A stretch of DNA of 59,140 bases, the filler included. It is 9 parts of 9 records of this genome, joined end to end, with 100 filler letters (N's around TTAATTAATTAA, not from the genome) between each part and the next. Parts side by side here need not be neighbours in the genome. Positions count along the whole stretch, not along the records: positions 31,670 to 39,565 come from SRR31147125_13322; positions 39,666 to 45,019 come from SRR31147125_13326; 7 more parts are not named here. The stretch is one strand, 5' to 3'. Position 1 is the stretch's first letter, and the number at the start of each line of letters is the position of its first letter. Made by a program: the position numbers and the translations under genes. Below, piece by piece: positions 32,740-42,385 of the stretch. The notes under the pieces were generated by a model. That model had not been told where the DNA came from. It saw only the letters and a program-made list of their open reading frames with translations, and did no database searches.

Positions 32740-33618
32740 ATGAAATCTAAAACATTAATTATGTTAATTGTTGCTTTTATTCTCTCCTTTTTAATAACCA
32801 CTGTAGTACGTAGTACATTTAAGCGAGAAAAAGATTTCATGGATAATGAACATCAAAACCCCAGTTTGTATACAAAGCTTAATGTAACATTTACCCCGAA
32901 AGCAACTCAACAGCCTACTCCTACTATATCGCCCACTCCCTTACCTACCTACAATCCTAATGAGGTTTTTTTTGATGATTTTAATAGACAAGATTTAAAC
33001 ATATGCTATTGGAATAAAGTTGAGCGAGAAAATAATTATAATGATGAGCTGCAGTTATACGTTAAGGAAAATGTCTTTATTGAAAACGGTTGCCTTGTAC
33101 TGCTTGCAGAAAATAATAATAATGAGTATACATCTGGGTTAGTAAATACAAAATCAAAGATAGAATTTAAATACGGAACAATATCTGTTAGACTCAAATA
33201 TCCTTCTGGCAGATCTTTCTTCCCTGCAATATGGCTGCTCCCAGCAGATAATAGTGCGTATCCCGAAATTGATATTCTGGAAGTTGTAGGTCATAGACCA
33301 AGTACAATATATTTTGTATATCATTACTACAGCGAAGAAAAGCGGACAACTGGCAATAAAATAAAGCTAGAGGATTATGATGAATTTCATACTTATTCCC
33401 TAACTTGGACACCAGAAAGTTTAACTTGGTATGTAGATAATGTACAGGTTTACAAACTATCAAGAAATCTTCCTACCAAACCTATGTACTTGATAATTAA
33501 TTTTGCAGTAGGAGGAGTTTGGCCTGGTGACCCAGATGAAAATACTATCTTTCCATCGAAAGTATTAATAGATTATGTAGAGATCATACCGTATCAACTA
33601 ATAAGTGAGGAAACATAA
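32740..33618 (+). CDS. Glycoside hydrolase family 16 with N-terminal membrane anchor and Pro/Thr linker
   Basis: Catalytic EIDILE (ExDxxE), PAIWLL, FHTYSLTWTP, NFAVGGVWPG. Confidence 0.9.
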   Translation: MKSKTLIMLIVAFILSFLITTVVRSTFKREKDFMDNEHQNPSLYTKLNVTFTPKATQQPTPTISPTPLPTYNPNEVFFDDFNRQDLNICYWNKVERENNYNDELQLYVKENVFIENGCLVLLAENNNNEYTSGLVNTKSKIEFKYGTISVRLKYPSGRSFFPAIWLLPADNSAYPEIDILEVVGHRPSTIYFVYHYYSEEKRTTGNKIKLEDYDEFHTYSLTWTPESLTWYVDNVQVYKLSRNLPTKPMYLIINFAVGGVWPGDPDENTIFPSKVLIDYVEIIPYQLISEET

Positions 33619-34947
33619 GATGATATTAATTGAATTATTAGTACTATTCACTACCTTTTTCCCAATATATCATTTGCTAGTAGCTTTAAGCAAAGAGAAA
33701 AAAAGACAATATAAAATCAAGAAAGAACATAGCTTTACAATATTGATTCCCTGTTATAACGAAAGTGTGTGTATAAGCAAAACCATAGACGCACTTAAAA
33801 AACTGGAATATTGTAATTTCGAAGTTATTTTTATAAACGATGGTTCAAAGGACAATACTTTTCAGATTATATATAATAAGCTGTCTTTGTCTCCTTTAAG
33901 TAAATTTTTTCCCATTACTAAGCTGTCCCTATCTCATGTTAAAAAATACCTTCCCATTAATTTATATAGATCACAAACATATGGAAATTTTTATTGTATA
34001 GATAAACCTAACACAGGCAAGGCGTTAAGTTTGAATGAAGGTATAAAGATAAGCAAAAATGAAATTATAGTCACACTTGATGCAGACAGCATATTAAATC
34101 CTGATTGCCTAACCCGCCTTAATAAAGCATTTGCAGATGAAAATATAGTTGCTGCAGGAGGAGCTATCCATATTATGCAAGCTAAAGATACTAAGTATAT
34201 AAAAAAGTTAAGTATATTTAAAAGATTATTAATTAAAATACAATCAATTGATTATTTAAAAGGATTTTTTATATATAAATTATCTTTAGCCAGACAAGAT
34301 GCAATGGCAATTATATCTGGTGCATTTGGAGCATTCAGAAAATCTGTACTTTATAAAGTAGGTGGATATAGAAAAAGTTTAGGTGAAGATATTGATATCA
34401 CTATAAAAATACAAAGATACATACAAAATACAAATAAAAGAATTGCTTACTTACCTAATGCAGTGTGCTACACAGAGTGTCCTGAAAGTGTATCGGACTT
34501 ATATCGCCAGCGTATACGATGGCAGAAAGGATTTATCGATTGTATAGTTTATCACTCCAAGTTTCTATTATCTACATGCATAAAATGCCCTGTAAGCTTT
34601 TTTTGATATTTGAATCAATAATAATAGGACTATTTTCCTGTATTCTGCCCCTTCATCTAGTTGCTTCTTTCATAACAACTGTTGAAATATTGCGTATAAT
34701 TAATATATATATTGTGTTTATAATAATAAATATAGTTTATTCAGGCTGTGCATATATAATATCAAAAAGATACTCTTTTCCTTATAAAAAGAAGTTTATT
34801 TTGTCCATTATCACGGATATATTGTTATTAAAACCATTCTTAGGGTTTATCTACGTTATTGGAACCATTGGATACTTAGTAAATAAAGGCAATTGGAAAA
34901 AAACAAAACGAAGTGTCATGCTTGCAAAAACGAAAGAGGTATTATAG
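33605..34947 (+). CDS. Processive GT2 glycosyltransferase (polysaccharide synthase-like); frameshift in the T run near 34600
   Basis: IPCYNE, NDGS, TLDAD, GEDID, QRIRW; C-terminal TM helices continue in ORF 34519-34947. Confidence 0.87.
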
Positions 34948-35778
34948 ATGAAAAAAGTCATCTTAAAATTCTTTACAATACTTATAATAACCATATTTGC
35001 TATTTATATCATAGTTCCACAGCAAATACCTAAGATAAGTAAATTGTTCGATATAGTCTCTTCAAGGTTTCAGGTAGGAATTTACAACACTTTCACAAAT
35101 AAAGTACATGCAGAAAATGAAAGTGCTACAAAAATAGCCATTACATTTGATGATGGATTTGAATGTGTTTACAATGTCGCATATCCTATCCTGGACGAAC
35201 ACGGCTACACTGCAAGCTTAGCAATAATAGGAGGCAGAATAGGCGAAAAGGGTTATTTAAACTATAGAGAATTATGCTTCCTATACAATAACGGTTATGA
35301 AATCTTAAATCATTCCTATAATCATATTCAAAATATAGAGCTAAATGAAAACGAGCTTCTGGAAGAATATGAACTAAATAAATTACTATTAAAAATAGGA
35401 GGATTAAAAGGCAGTGATGATATAATAATTGCTCCTGGCGGAAAGTATTATTATAATCATGTTTCCATGATTACAAACAGCAATTTTCGTGCAATACGTT
35501 CTTTAAATAAATTTTATCTAACTGAAAGTAAAAAAAATTACGATGTTAAAATTATAAATATATATTGCTCAAAGACAATAAAAGATATAATAGAACAGAT
35601 GAAAAAGGCAATAGATGAAAAGCAAAATATTATTCTGATATTTCATAAAATCTCAAATAACCCACCAAATTCACAAATGTTTACCAGTACAGAGACATTT
35701 ACCGAAATAATACAATATATTAATAATGAATCTATTGATGTCGTTTCATATAATAAATTACTTGATGAAGTTTCATAA
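34948..35778 (+). CDS. Polysaccharide deacetylase (CE4/NodB-like), membrane-anchored
   Basis: ITFDDG, NHSYNH, ILIFH; N-terminal TM segment. Confidence 0.85.
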   Translation: MKKVILKFFTILIITIFAIYIIVPQQIPKISKLFDIVSSRFQVGIYNTFTNKVHAENESATKIAITFDDGFECVYNVAYPILDEHGYTASLAIIGGRIGEKGYLNYRELCFLYNNGYEILNHSYNHIQNIELNENELLEEYELNKLLLKIGGLKGSDDIIIAPGGKYYYNHVSMITNSNFRAIRSLNKFYLTESKKNYDVKIINIYCSKTIKDIIEQMKKAIDEKQNIILIFHKISNNPPNSQMFTSTETFTEIIQYINNESIDVVSYNKLLDEVS

Positions 35779-35854
35779 AATATTTTTAATAAGACATGCT
35801 ATTGTCATATTATTTGTTGTATAATTAATTCATATTAATTCAAGGAGCAGGAGT

Positions 35855-36476
35855 ATGGATAAAACAGATTTTAAAAAGAAATATAGACCCTTTTATTCTT
35901 CATCAAGTAAAAAACCGGCAATAGTTGAAGTACCGTCATTTAATTATGCTATATTAGAAGGTATTGGTAACCCTAATACTAGCGAAAAATTTTCTAAATC
36001 TATAGAATCACTTTACGCACTTTCATACACGATTAGCATGAGCTACAAAAGTGATAGTTTTAAAATACCTGATTTTTATAATTTTGTCGTACCTCCACTT
36101 GAAGGTGTCTGGGATTTGATTGATGGAAAAGAATTCAATAAAGATAATTTTAAATGGACGATTGGCATTATGCAGCCAGAATTTGTAACAGAAAAAATAC
36201 TTGTAAAAGCAAAAGAAATAGCATTTAATAAAAAAAGTTGAATTAATAAAATACATTTCCCTTCGTCAATTCAATGATGGCTTATGCTGTACCTTTATGC
36301 ACATAGGCTCTTACGATGATGAAAAAGCAAGCTTTGATAAAATGGAAGAATACGCAAAAAGCCAAGGATATAAACGAAATGAGAAAACACATAGAGAGAT
36401 TTACTTAAGTGATTTCAGGAAGGTTGCACCAGATAAACTAAAAACAATATTACGATTTAAAGTAAAAAAACAATAA
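35855..36476 (+). CDS. GyrI-like small-molecule-binding protein; frameshift in the A run near 36235
   Basis: GIGNPN, VPPLEGVW, IMQPEFVT; the shifted frame continues MHIGSYDDE...HREIYLSDFRKVAPDKLKTILRF. Confidence 0.85.
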
Positions 36477-36533
36477 TATAATAATAAAAGTTGAGGCTGT
36501 ATATTACAGCTTTTTCTATTTTTAAAAAACAGC

Positions 36534-36594
36534 TTGACATGTATCACGATGTGATATATTATTATATCATGACGTGATATACAACATCGTAATA
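36534..36594 (+). promoter_or_regulatory. SigA promoter with tandem palindromic operators (probable PadR autoregulation)
   Basis: TTGACA (36534), 17 nt, TATTAT (36557); palindromes TATCACGATGTGATA (36542), TATCATGACGTGATA (36565) and degenerate TACAACATCGTAATA (36580). Confidence 0.75.
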
Positions 36595-36610
36595 CAACGG
36601 AGGTGAACAT

Positions 36611-36928
36611 ATGAATTTGGAAAAAGCAAGAGAACGATTTATTCCCATGAGCGAAACAATGCTATACATCCTTCTTTCGTTAACAAATAAAATGCATGGA
36701 TATGGAATAATGCAAAACGTAGATAATCTAACTAAAGGCCGAATAACACTAGGTGCAGGGACAGTTTATCAAAGCCTTGGGAAATTAGAAAAGGGTGAAC
36801 TTATAACTTGCATTAAAGAAGAAAACAGAAGAAAGATATATTTAATAACACAATTGGGCACACAAATATTAGATGAGGAGAAACAGAGAATTGCTGAAAT
36901 ATACAACAATATGGAGGGATTGTTATGA
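36611..36928 (+). CDS. PadR family transcriptional regulator
   Basis: HGYGIMQ, GAGTVY, RRKIY.IT.LG. Confidence 0.92.
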   Translation: MNLEKARERFIPMSETMLYILLSLTNKMHGYGIMQNVDNLTKGRITLGAGTVYQSLGKLEKGELITCIKEENRRKIYLITQLGTQILDEEKQRIAEIYNNMEGLL

Positions 36929-37458
36929 AAATGAGAAAATATTTTACTGCATATAAAAAGGTGGTACCAGCGGAATATGAAAAATGGTTTGAAGATTTAG
37001 CATTTGATGGCTGGCATCCTACAAGGATAAATCATCTAACGTCTATGGTTATGACTTTTGAAAAGTCCAAACCAAAAAAGTATAAATACGCTACAGAGCT
37101 TTTAGGAAGACTAAAAAAAGATAGAATACAAACTTATAAGGATTTTGGGTGGGAATATGTAGGTAGAATGTCTAGCATATTTGTTTGGCGAAAGGAATAT
37201 ACCGATAAAAAGCCCAAAATGTTTACTGATACAGAAAATATTAAGAAAAGAAACAACAGATTTATCATAGCTATCTCCTTTCCATTCGCTATATTCCTTA
37301 TAGCTTTTATCGCTACTTTGGTGCTTGCAATATTTATAATGCTTGGAAATATAGAGCCTGATTGGCTCCAAATTATACTAGGCATAGCACTTTCAGGTAT
37401 ACTCACATTCTATCTAGGATATGTAATTAGAAAGATAACGAAAAATAAGAATAGATAA
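36925..37458 (+). CDS. DUF2812-like membrane protein
   Basis: EKWFEDLA..GW, Y.DFGWEYV, two C-terminal TM helices; typical PadR partner; ATGA overlap. Confidence 0.75.
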   Translation: MKMRKYFTAYKKVVPAEYEKWFEDLAFDGWHPTRINHLTSMVMTFEKSKPKKYKYATELLGRLKKDRIQTYKDFGWEYVGRMSSIFVWRKEYTDKKPKMFTDTENIKKRNNRFIIAISFPFAIFLIAFIATLVLAIFIMLGNIEPDWLQIILGIALSGILTFYLGYVIRKITKNKNR

Positions 37459-37464
37459 TTAATT

Positions 37465-37501
37465 AAAAGGAGCTGTATCAATTTTAGTACAGCTCCTTTT
37501 T
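37465..37501 (+). terminator. Rho-independent terminator (bidirectional-looking)
   Basis: AAAAGGAGCTGTA / TACAGCTCCTTTT perfect inverted repeat. Confidence 0.85.
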
Positions 37502-37699
37502 ATTAATATTAAATAAATATAATTGCCAATCCAGCTATATAAATTATTGTCGGCTTATCACCTAAATTTATATTAAATTAATTTAAACATCTTAGCAATA
37601 AAATAAGTAATAATTTTATATATTTTGACGTGATTACACCTATTTATGACATCTAAAGGTATGAAAGCAATTGCGATTATAAAAAGTGAGGTGATATAA

Positions 37700-38017
37700 T
37701 TGAGTGAAGCTATAAGCAACGATAAAAGATACATAAAAGTCGGGTATTATTCTATGGGTATATCCTCTATTCTAGCTGGAGTGCTACTTGTTCTTAATCA
37801 GTTAGACTATGAAATTGCAAAGGGCATATACATTCTATGGCCTATTATGATGATGCTTCTAGGCTTAGAAACCATTCTAAGTAAGTTTATTACATCTTTT
37901 TACAAAAACAAAATGGTACTAAAGCCTGCATGGGGAATATTGTTTATTTGTTCTATACTAATAGGCTGTTCACAAATATGGCTGATGTTATTAAATTCAA
38001 GCTATATTATTTGGTAG
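37700..38017 (+). CDS. Small membrane protein (LiaI/LiaF-TM-like), first gene of the ECF operon
   Basis: Three hydrophobic segments, 'LWP...LLGLE' motif; GAGGTG RBS before TTG. Confidence 0.6.
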   Translation: MSEAISNDKRYIKVGYYSMGISSILAGVLLVLNQLDYEIAKGIYILWPIMMMLLGLETILSKFITSFYKNKMVLKPAWGILFICSILIGCSQIWLMLLNSSYIIW

Positions 38018-38054
38018 AAAATGTGATAGAATTATTTGTAGAAAGGGACTATAA

Positions 38055-38639
38055 ATGGTAGACAGAGAGGCTTTTAATGATATATTAAATAAGCTGGGGT
38101 ATAAATCATATGAGGAAATAGTTAACGAATTTCAGCATGATGTTTATTCTACTGTATATTCCTTTACCCAAAATAACCAAGATGCTGAGGATTTATCACA
38201 AGAGGTCTTTCTACTTATCTATCAAAACCTTACGTCTTTTAAGCTAGATTCTAAGCTCTCTACATGGATTTACAAAATTACTGTAAATCGCTGTTTAATG
38301 CACAGGCGAAAAGAAGCAAGGCGTAATACCATAGCCAAATTTATACCTATAAGTAATGAAATGACTCAAAGCTTAAAAAGTAATGTATCCGTGGATTTAG
38401 ACATAGCTAAACTAGAAGATAGTGATTTGTTATATAAAGCTTTAAATTGTATTAGCAAAAAATACGTCGCGGTAATAACATTACGATATATGCAGGATTT
38501 AAGCGTCAAAGAAATAGGTCAAGTGCTTAATTTGCCCGCAAGAACTATAGAAACACAGCTCTATAGAGCAAAAGCTAAGTTAAAAGCTAAACTAATGATG
38601 CTAGGATATAATGTGGAGGAAAAATACAATGGATTATGA
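38055..38639 (+). CDS. ECF RNA polymerase sigma factor
   Basis: DAEDLSQEVF, STWIYKITVN (region 2); LS.KEI..VL..P.RTI.TQLYRAK (region 4). Confidence 0.93.
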   Translation: MVDREAFNDILNKLGYKSYEEIVNEFQHDVYSTVYSFTQNNQDAEDLSQEVFLLIYQNLTSFKLDSKLSTWIYKITVNRCLMHRRKEARRNTIAKFIPISNEMTQSLKSNVSVDLDIAKLEDSDLLYKALNCISKKYVAVITLRYMQDLSVKEIGQVLNLPARTIETQLYRAKAKLKAKLMMLGYNVEEKYNGL

Positions 38640-38994
38640 AAAGCAATTGTTTGAACAATCAAAAGCAAATGCTCCTAATGATTTCGTAGCAAAGACTATG
38701 AAGCATATAAGGCTAAAAGAGATGGAAGAAGAGCAAAAAACTACAGCCAAAATAGAATACTCTTTCTTCAAAATAGGTCAAATCTGCGTAGTGGCTTCTC
38801 TGCTTCTAGTAGCACTAAATGTTTTTCCTGCTATAAAGGATGTTTACAGTCAAGGCACTGAACCTAACCCTCCGCAACATCAAAGCTTAGTTCAAAAGGC
38901 ATTTGAAAAATGTGAAGATATATTTGAAGGTATAAAGGAACTAATTGATATAGATAACATAATAGAAAAAAATAAAGGAGAAAATAATGAATAG
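38629..38994 (+). CDS. Putative anti-sigma factor (single TM)
   Basis: Overlaps the sigma stop; AP.DF...TM..I motif followed by one TM helix. Confidence 0.65.
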   Translation: MDYEKQLFEQSKANAPNDFVAKTMKHIRLKEMEEEQKTTAKIEYSFFKIGQICVVASLLLVALNVFPAIKDVYSQGTEPNPPQHQSLVQKAFEKCEDIFEGIKELIDIDNIIEKNKGENNE

Positions 38995-39519
38995 ACAAAA
39001 TAATCAAAACATAAAACCATTTTCAATGTTTATATGTTCACTACTTCCAGGCTGTGCGCATATGTACCTTGGATTAATGAAAAGAGGAATACAATTGCTT
39101 TTAGCATTTTTACTATTAATTGGATTGGGGAGTACTGTTAATCTACAATTTATACTTATCCCTGTAACAGTTGTGCTATATGTTTACAGCTTCTTTGATG
39201 GTTATAGTATTTTTAGAAATATTAAATCTGGCAAAAACGTAGAAGATGAAAACATAATAGAAGGGTTAGATTCCGTAAAAAAATCATAACAAACGGATAC
39301 TGGATTGGACTAATTCTAGTAATCTTCGGTCTAATAATAGTATTGCAAAACATATTAAGCATGGATACATTTAAGTCAATTGCCTACTACTATTACAAGT
39401 ATTTCAGCAGATTTATACCAGCAGCACTGTTATTTGTTTTAGGTGTTTTCCTTATGGTAAAAGGCAATAAAAACCGCAAAAAGGACAAAGAAGCCAGACA
39501 AAAAGATATATCAGAATAA
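38987..39519 (+). CDS. Multi-TM membrane protein of the ECF operon; frameshift in the A run near 39280
   Basis: LPGCAHMYLGLMKRG motif; the shifted frame continues NGYWIGLILVIFG... to TAA 39519. Confidence 0.7.
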
Positions 39520-39565
39520 ATAAAATGCTCTTACAAAAAGGGGCTGTCCCAGCCCCTTGGGTGTT

Positions 39566-39665
39566 NNNNNNNNNNNNNNNNNNNNNNNNNNNNNNNNNNN
39601 NNNNNNNNNTTAATTAATTAANNNNNNNNNNNNNNNNNNNNNNNNNNNNNNNNNNNNNNNNNNNN
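39566..39665. other. Artificial contig spacer
   Basis: 44 N + TTAATTAATTAA + 44 N. Confidence 0.99.
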
Positions 39666-40259
39666 TGGAAAGCACTTCAGTATTACGTAAAAAAAGGTTT
39701 TAGCCAGGTTTTGGTTAGCCCATACGAAGAAGGAATTAAGTTTAAAGTTGGAATTGTAAACGACCGGTTAAGCGATGTGAAAGGAGAACTACTACTTCGC
39801 CTGGTTGATTTCGAGGGACAAGTAATATGGGAAGAAGCTCACCTTGTTGATATTCCGGCAAATTCGAGCGACAGTTACTACGATGTAAACAAAAACGAAT
39901 TGCGCTACAAATACCGCAAACAAGTTAAAGACCTTGTTTTTACTACCGAATTGCTTGAAAACGGAAAACTATTATCGAAAAATTATTATTATTTCCTTCC
40001 GTTTAAAAACCTGAATGTGCCTTCACCAACCATCGAACAAAATATTTCTAAAGTTGAATCAGGTTTCGATATTACTTTATCGACCGATAAACTGGCAAAA
40101 AATATCTACCTGCAAATTGGCGACGAAGAAGGATTTTTCTCTGATAACTATTTCGATTTATTACCGGGAGAAAAAGCAGTTATCAATTTAAAAACAGATA
40201 TTTCTGAAGAAAAATTAAATGAAGTGCTGACAATCCGTACTTTGGATGATGCATTTTAA
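39666..40259 (+). CDS. C-terminal Ig-like domains of a GH2 beta-mannosidase; 5' truncated
   Basis: Starts WKALQYYVKKGF at the contig edge; IVND, FSDNYFDLLPGE. Confidence 0.8.
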   Translation, partial: WKALQYYVKKGFSQVLVSPYEEGIKFKVGIVNDRLSDVKGELLLRLVDFEGQVIWEEAHLVDIPANSSDSYYDVNKNELRYKYRKQVKDLVFTTELLENGKLLSKNYYYFLPFKNLNVPSPTIEQNISKVESGFDITLSTDKLAKNIYLQIGDEEGFFSDNYFDLLPGEKAVINLKTDISEEKLNEVLTIRTLDDAF

Positions 40260-40263
40260 TACA

Positions 40264-40296
40264 AGTTGTCACCCGACTCGAAGTCGGGTGACAACT
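40264..40296. repeat. Perfect 15-bp palindrome, REP-like
   Basis: AGTTGTCACCCGACT-cga-AGTCGGGTGACAACT; no adjacent T tract. Confidence 0.7.
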
Positions 40297-40392
40297 AAAT
40301 TTTAATGTTGACACTCCCATGTTCAAAACATTCCGAATAATCTATTTCGTTCATCCTCAAAATATTCCAACTTTACCGAAAATGAATATAGG

Positions 40393-40920
40393 ATGAATCT
40401 GTTTATTCTTCTCTTTATCAATATACTCTCCATTTTCTCGGGGAAACCTGCAGCAGACACTGAAATTTATCTTGAAAAAGGCGGGAAGTTAATTGCTTTC
40501 CAGGCAACCGGCGAGCAAGGCAAAATTTCGTTTAATTACCTCAATGCCGGGAGCTACAAGTTGCTTCTAACTTTCCCACAACAAGAAGGCAAGTATCTTG
40601 AAAGCAAATCCAGGCTCCAAAGCATGACCAAGGCTTCCTACAATCCGAAAACAAAAAATTATTACTACCAGGGAAAAGAAGGGTATTTTGCCATTAAATT
40701 CTTCGGGATTTCAAAAATATACAGCGAAAATTTTAAAGCCATGTACAAAGAAGAACGCGAAGAAGAGGATATTTACAATGCTATTGCCGAGTTTGGAGTG
40801 CACCGAAACGGTGGTTCTATTGGCATTTCAGTAAAAGCAATAACCGCTGCCCAGTTTAAAAAGGCTACCGATAAAATTGGCCACGATATTTCTACTCAAT
40901 CTATACGGGGAATAAAATAA
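40393..40920 (+). CDS. Hypothetical secreted protein
   Basis: 175-aa ORF with a signal-peptide-like N-terminus; no family recognised. Confidence 0.65.
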   Translation: MNLFILLFINILSIFSGKPAADTEIYLEKGGKLIAFQATGEQGKISFNYLNAGSYKLLLTFPQQEGKYLESKSRLQSMTKASYNPKTKNYYYQGKEGYFAIKFFGISKIYSENFKAMYKEEREEEDIYNAIAEFGVHRNGGSIGISVKAITAAQFKKATDKIGHDISTQSIRGIK

Positions 40921-40921
40921 G

Positions 40922-40975
40922 AAACGAAAAAGGATGCCATCCCTATTTGTTGCAACTAACAGGGATGGCATCCTT
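40922..40975 (-). terminator. Terminator between convergent genes (U tract on the kbl strand)
   Basis: AAGGATGCCATCCCT / AGGGATGGCATCCTT 15-bp stem with an A run on its left side. Confidence 0.75.
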
Positions 40976-40987
40976 ATAAATTTTGCT

Positions 40988-41035
40988 TATTCACGGGGTG
41001 ACTATCTGAAGCAACTCAAAGTCACCCCGTGAATA
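40988..41035. repeat. Perfect 16-bp inverted repeat, REP-like
   Basis: TATTCACGGGGTGACT, 16-nt loop, AGTCACCCCGTGAATA. Confidence 0.65.
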
Positions 41036-41045
41036 TTTCGGAGTA

Positions 41046-42233
41046 CTAAATTATCCCCAAATCCTTACCAACCTTAATAAAGGCTTCAACAGCTTTATCA
41101 ATTTGTTCGGTAGTATGTGCCGCCGAAAGCTGAACACGAATACGAGCTTTTCCGCGTGGCACAACCGGGAAACAGAAACCAATTACATAAACGCCTTCTT
41201 TTAACAGTTCGTCGGCAAATTTAATAGCCAGTGGTTCGTCGTAAACCATTACCGGAACAATTGCTGTGTCGCCTTGTACAAGGTCAAATCCGGCGGCTTC
41301 CATTTTTGTACGGAAATGAACAGCATTGGTCATGGTTTTAGCCGGAAGTTTGTCGGAACCAGAAAGCATATCGATTACTTTTAAAGTTGCCCCAACGGTT
41401 GCAGGTGCCAAAGTATTCGAGAATAGATACGGGCGCGAACGCTGGCGCAACATATCAATAATTTCGGCACGGCCCGAAGTACATCCTCCGTTACCACCGC
41501 CCATCGCTTTTCCGAAAGTTGTGGTGATTATATCTATTTCGCCCAGCAAACCAAAGTGTTCGGCAGTACCTCGGCCTGTTTTTCCAATGTAACCGGTTGC
41601 GTGCGACTCGTCGACCATAACCAGTGCATCGTATTTTTCGGCTAACTCAACAATTTCGGGAAGTTTAGCTAAATCGCCGTCCATTGAGAAAACGCCATCG
41701 GTAACAATAATACGGTATTTTAAATCGGCTGAATCTTTTAAACACTGCTCCAATTCTTCCATATTCGAGTGCTTGTAACGGAAACGCTGCGCCTTACACA
41801 AACGTACTCCATCAATAATCGAGGCATGATTCAACTCATCCGAAATAATGGCTGAATCGGCACCCAAAAGTGGTTCAAATACTCCGCCATTTGCATCGAA
41901 ACATGCACAGTAAAGTATTGTGTCTTCCGTTCCTAAAAACTCCGAAACTTTTTCTTCCAGCTCCTTATGTATTTGCTGGGTGCCGCAAATAAAACGAACC
42001 GATGACAGTCCGAATCCCCAGTCGTTCATAATATCTTGTGCTGCTTTCACAACTTCCGGGTTGTTGGCCAATCCGAGGTAATTATTTGCACAAAAATTAA
42101 GCACCGATTCTCCTGTAGAAACAGAAATACCGGAACTTTGCGACGAAGTAATAATTCGCTCGCTTTTATATAATCCTTGTTCTTTTAGCTCTTCGAGCGT
42201 ATTCTGTAAGTCTTGTTTAATTTTTCCGTACAT
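41046..42233 (-). CDS. kbl: Glycine C-acetyltransferase (2-amino-3-ketobutyrate CoA ligase)
   Basis: NFCANNYLGL, SVRFICGT, NHASIIDG, DGVFSMDG, TFGKA, RQRSRPYLFSN. Confidence 0.95.
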   Translation of the reverse strand: MYGKIKQDLQNTLEELKEQGLYKSERIITSSQSSGISVSTGESVLNFCANNYLGLANNPEVVKAAQDIMNDWGFGLSSVRFICGTQQIHKELEEKVSEFLGTEDTILYCACFDANGGVFEPLLGADSAIISDELNHASIIDGVRLCKAQRFRYKHSNMEELEQCLKDSADLKYRIIVTDGVFSMDGDLAKLPEIVELAEKYDALVMVDESHATGYIGKTGRGTAEHFGLLGEIDIITTTFGKAMGGGNGGCTSGRAEIIDMLRQRSRPYLFSNTLAPATVGATLKVIDMLSGSDKLPAKTMTNAVHFRTKMEAAGFDLVQGDTAIVPVMVYDEPLAIKFADELLKEGVYVIGFCFPVVPRGKARIRVQLSAAHTTEQIDKAVEAFIKVGKDLGII

Positions 42234-42385
42234 AATTTCGAATATTAGAATGTTATTTTTCTTCTTAAATATTTAAATAGGCAATAGGCAACTTCCTTTA
42301 CAAAATAACGGAAAGCTCCAGAATTAAACATTGATAAAAGGCAGATATTTAAATTGACAGATGCATTTGCCTTCAATAAGAAACA

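Noticed and set aside
37455-37468. TAATTAATTAA resembling the linker core
   Set aside because: No flanking N runs; ordinary AT-rich sequence between a stop codon and a terminator.
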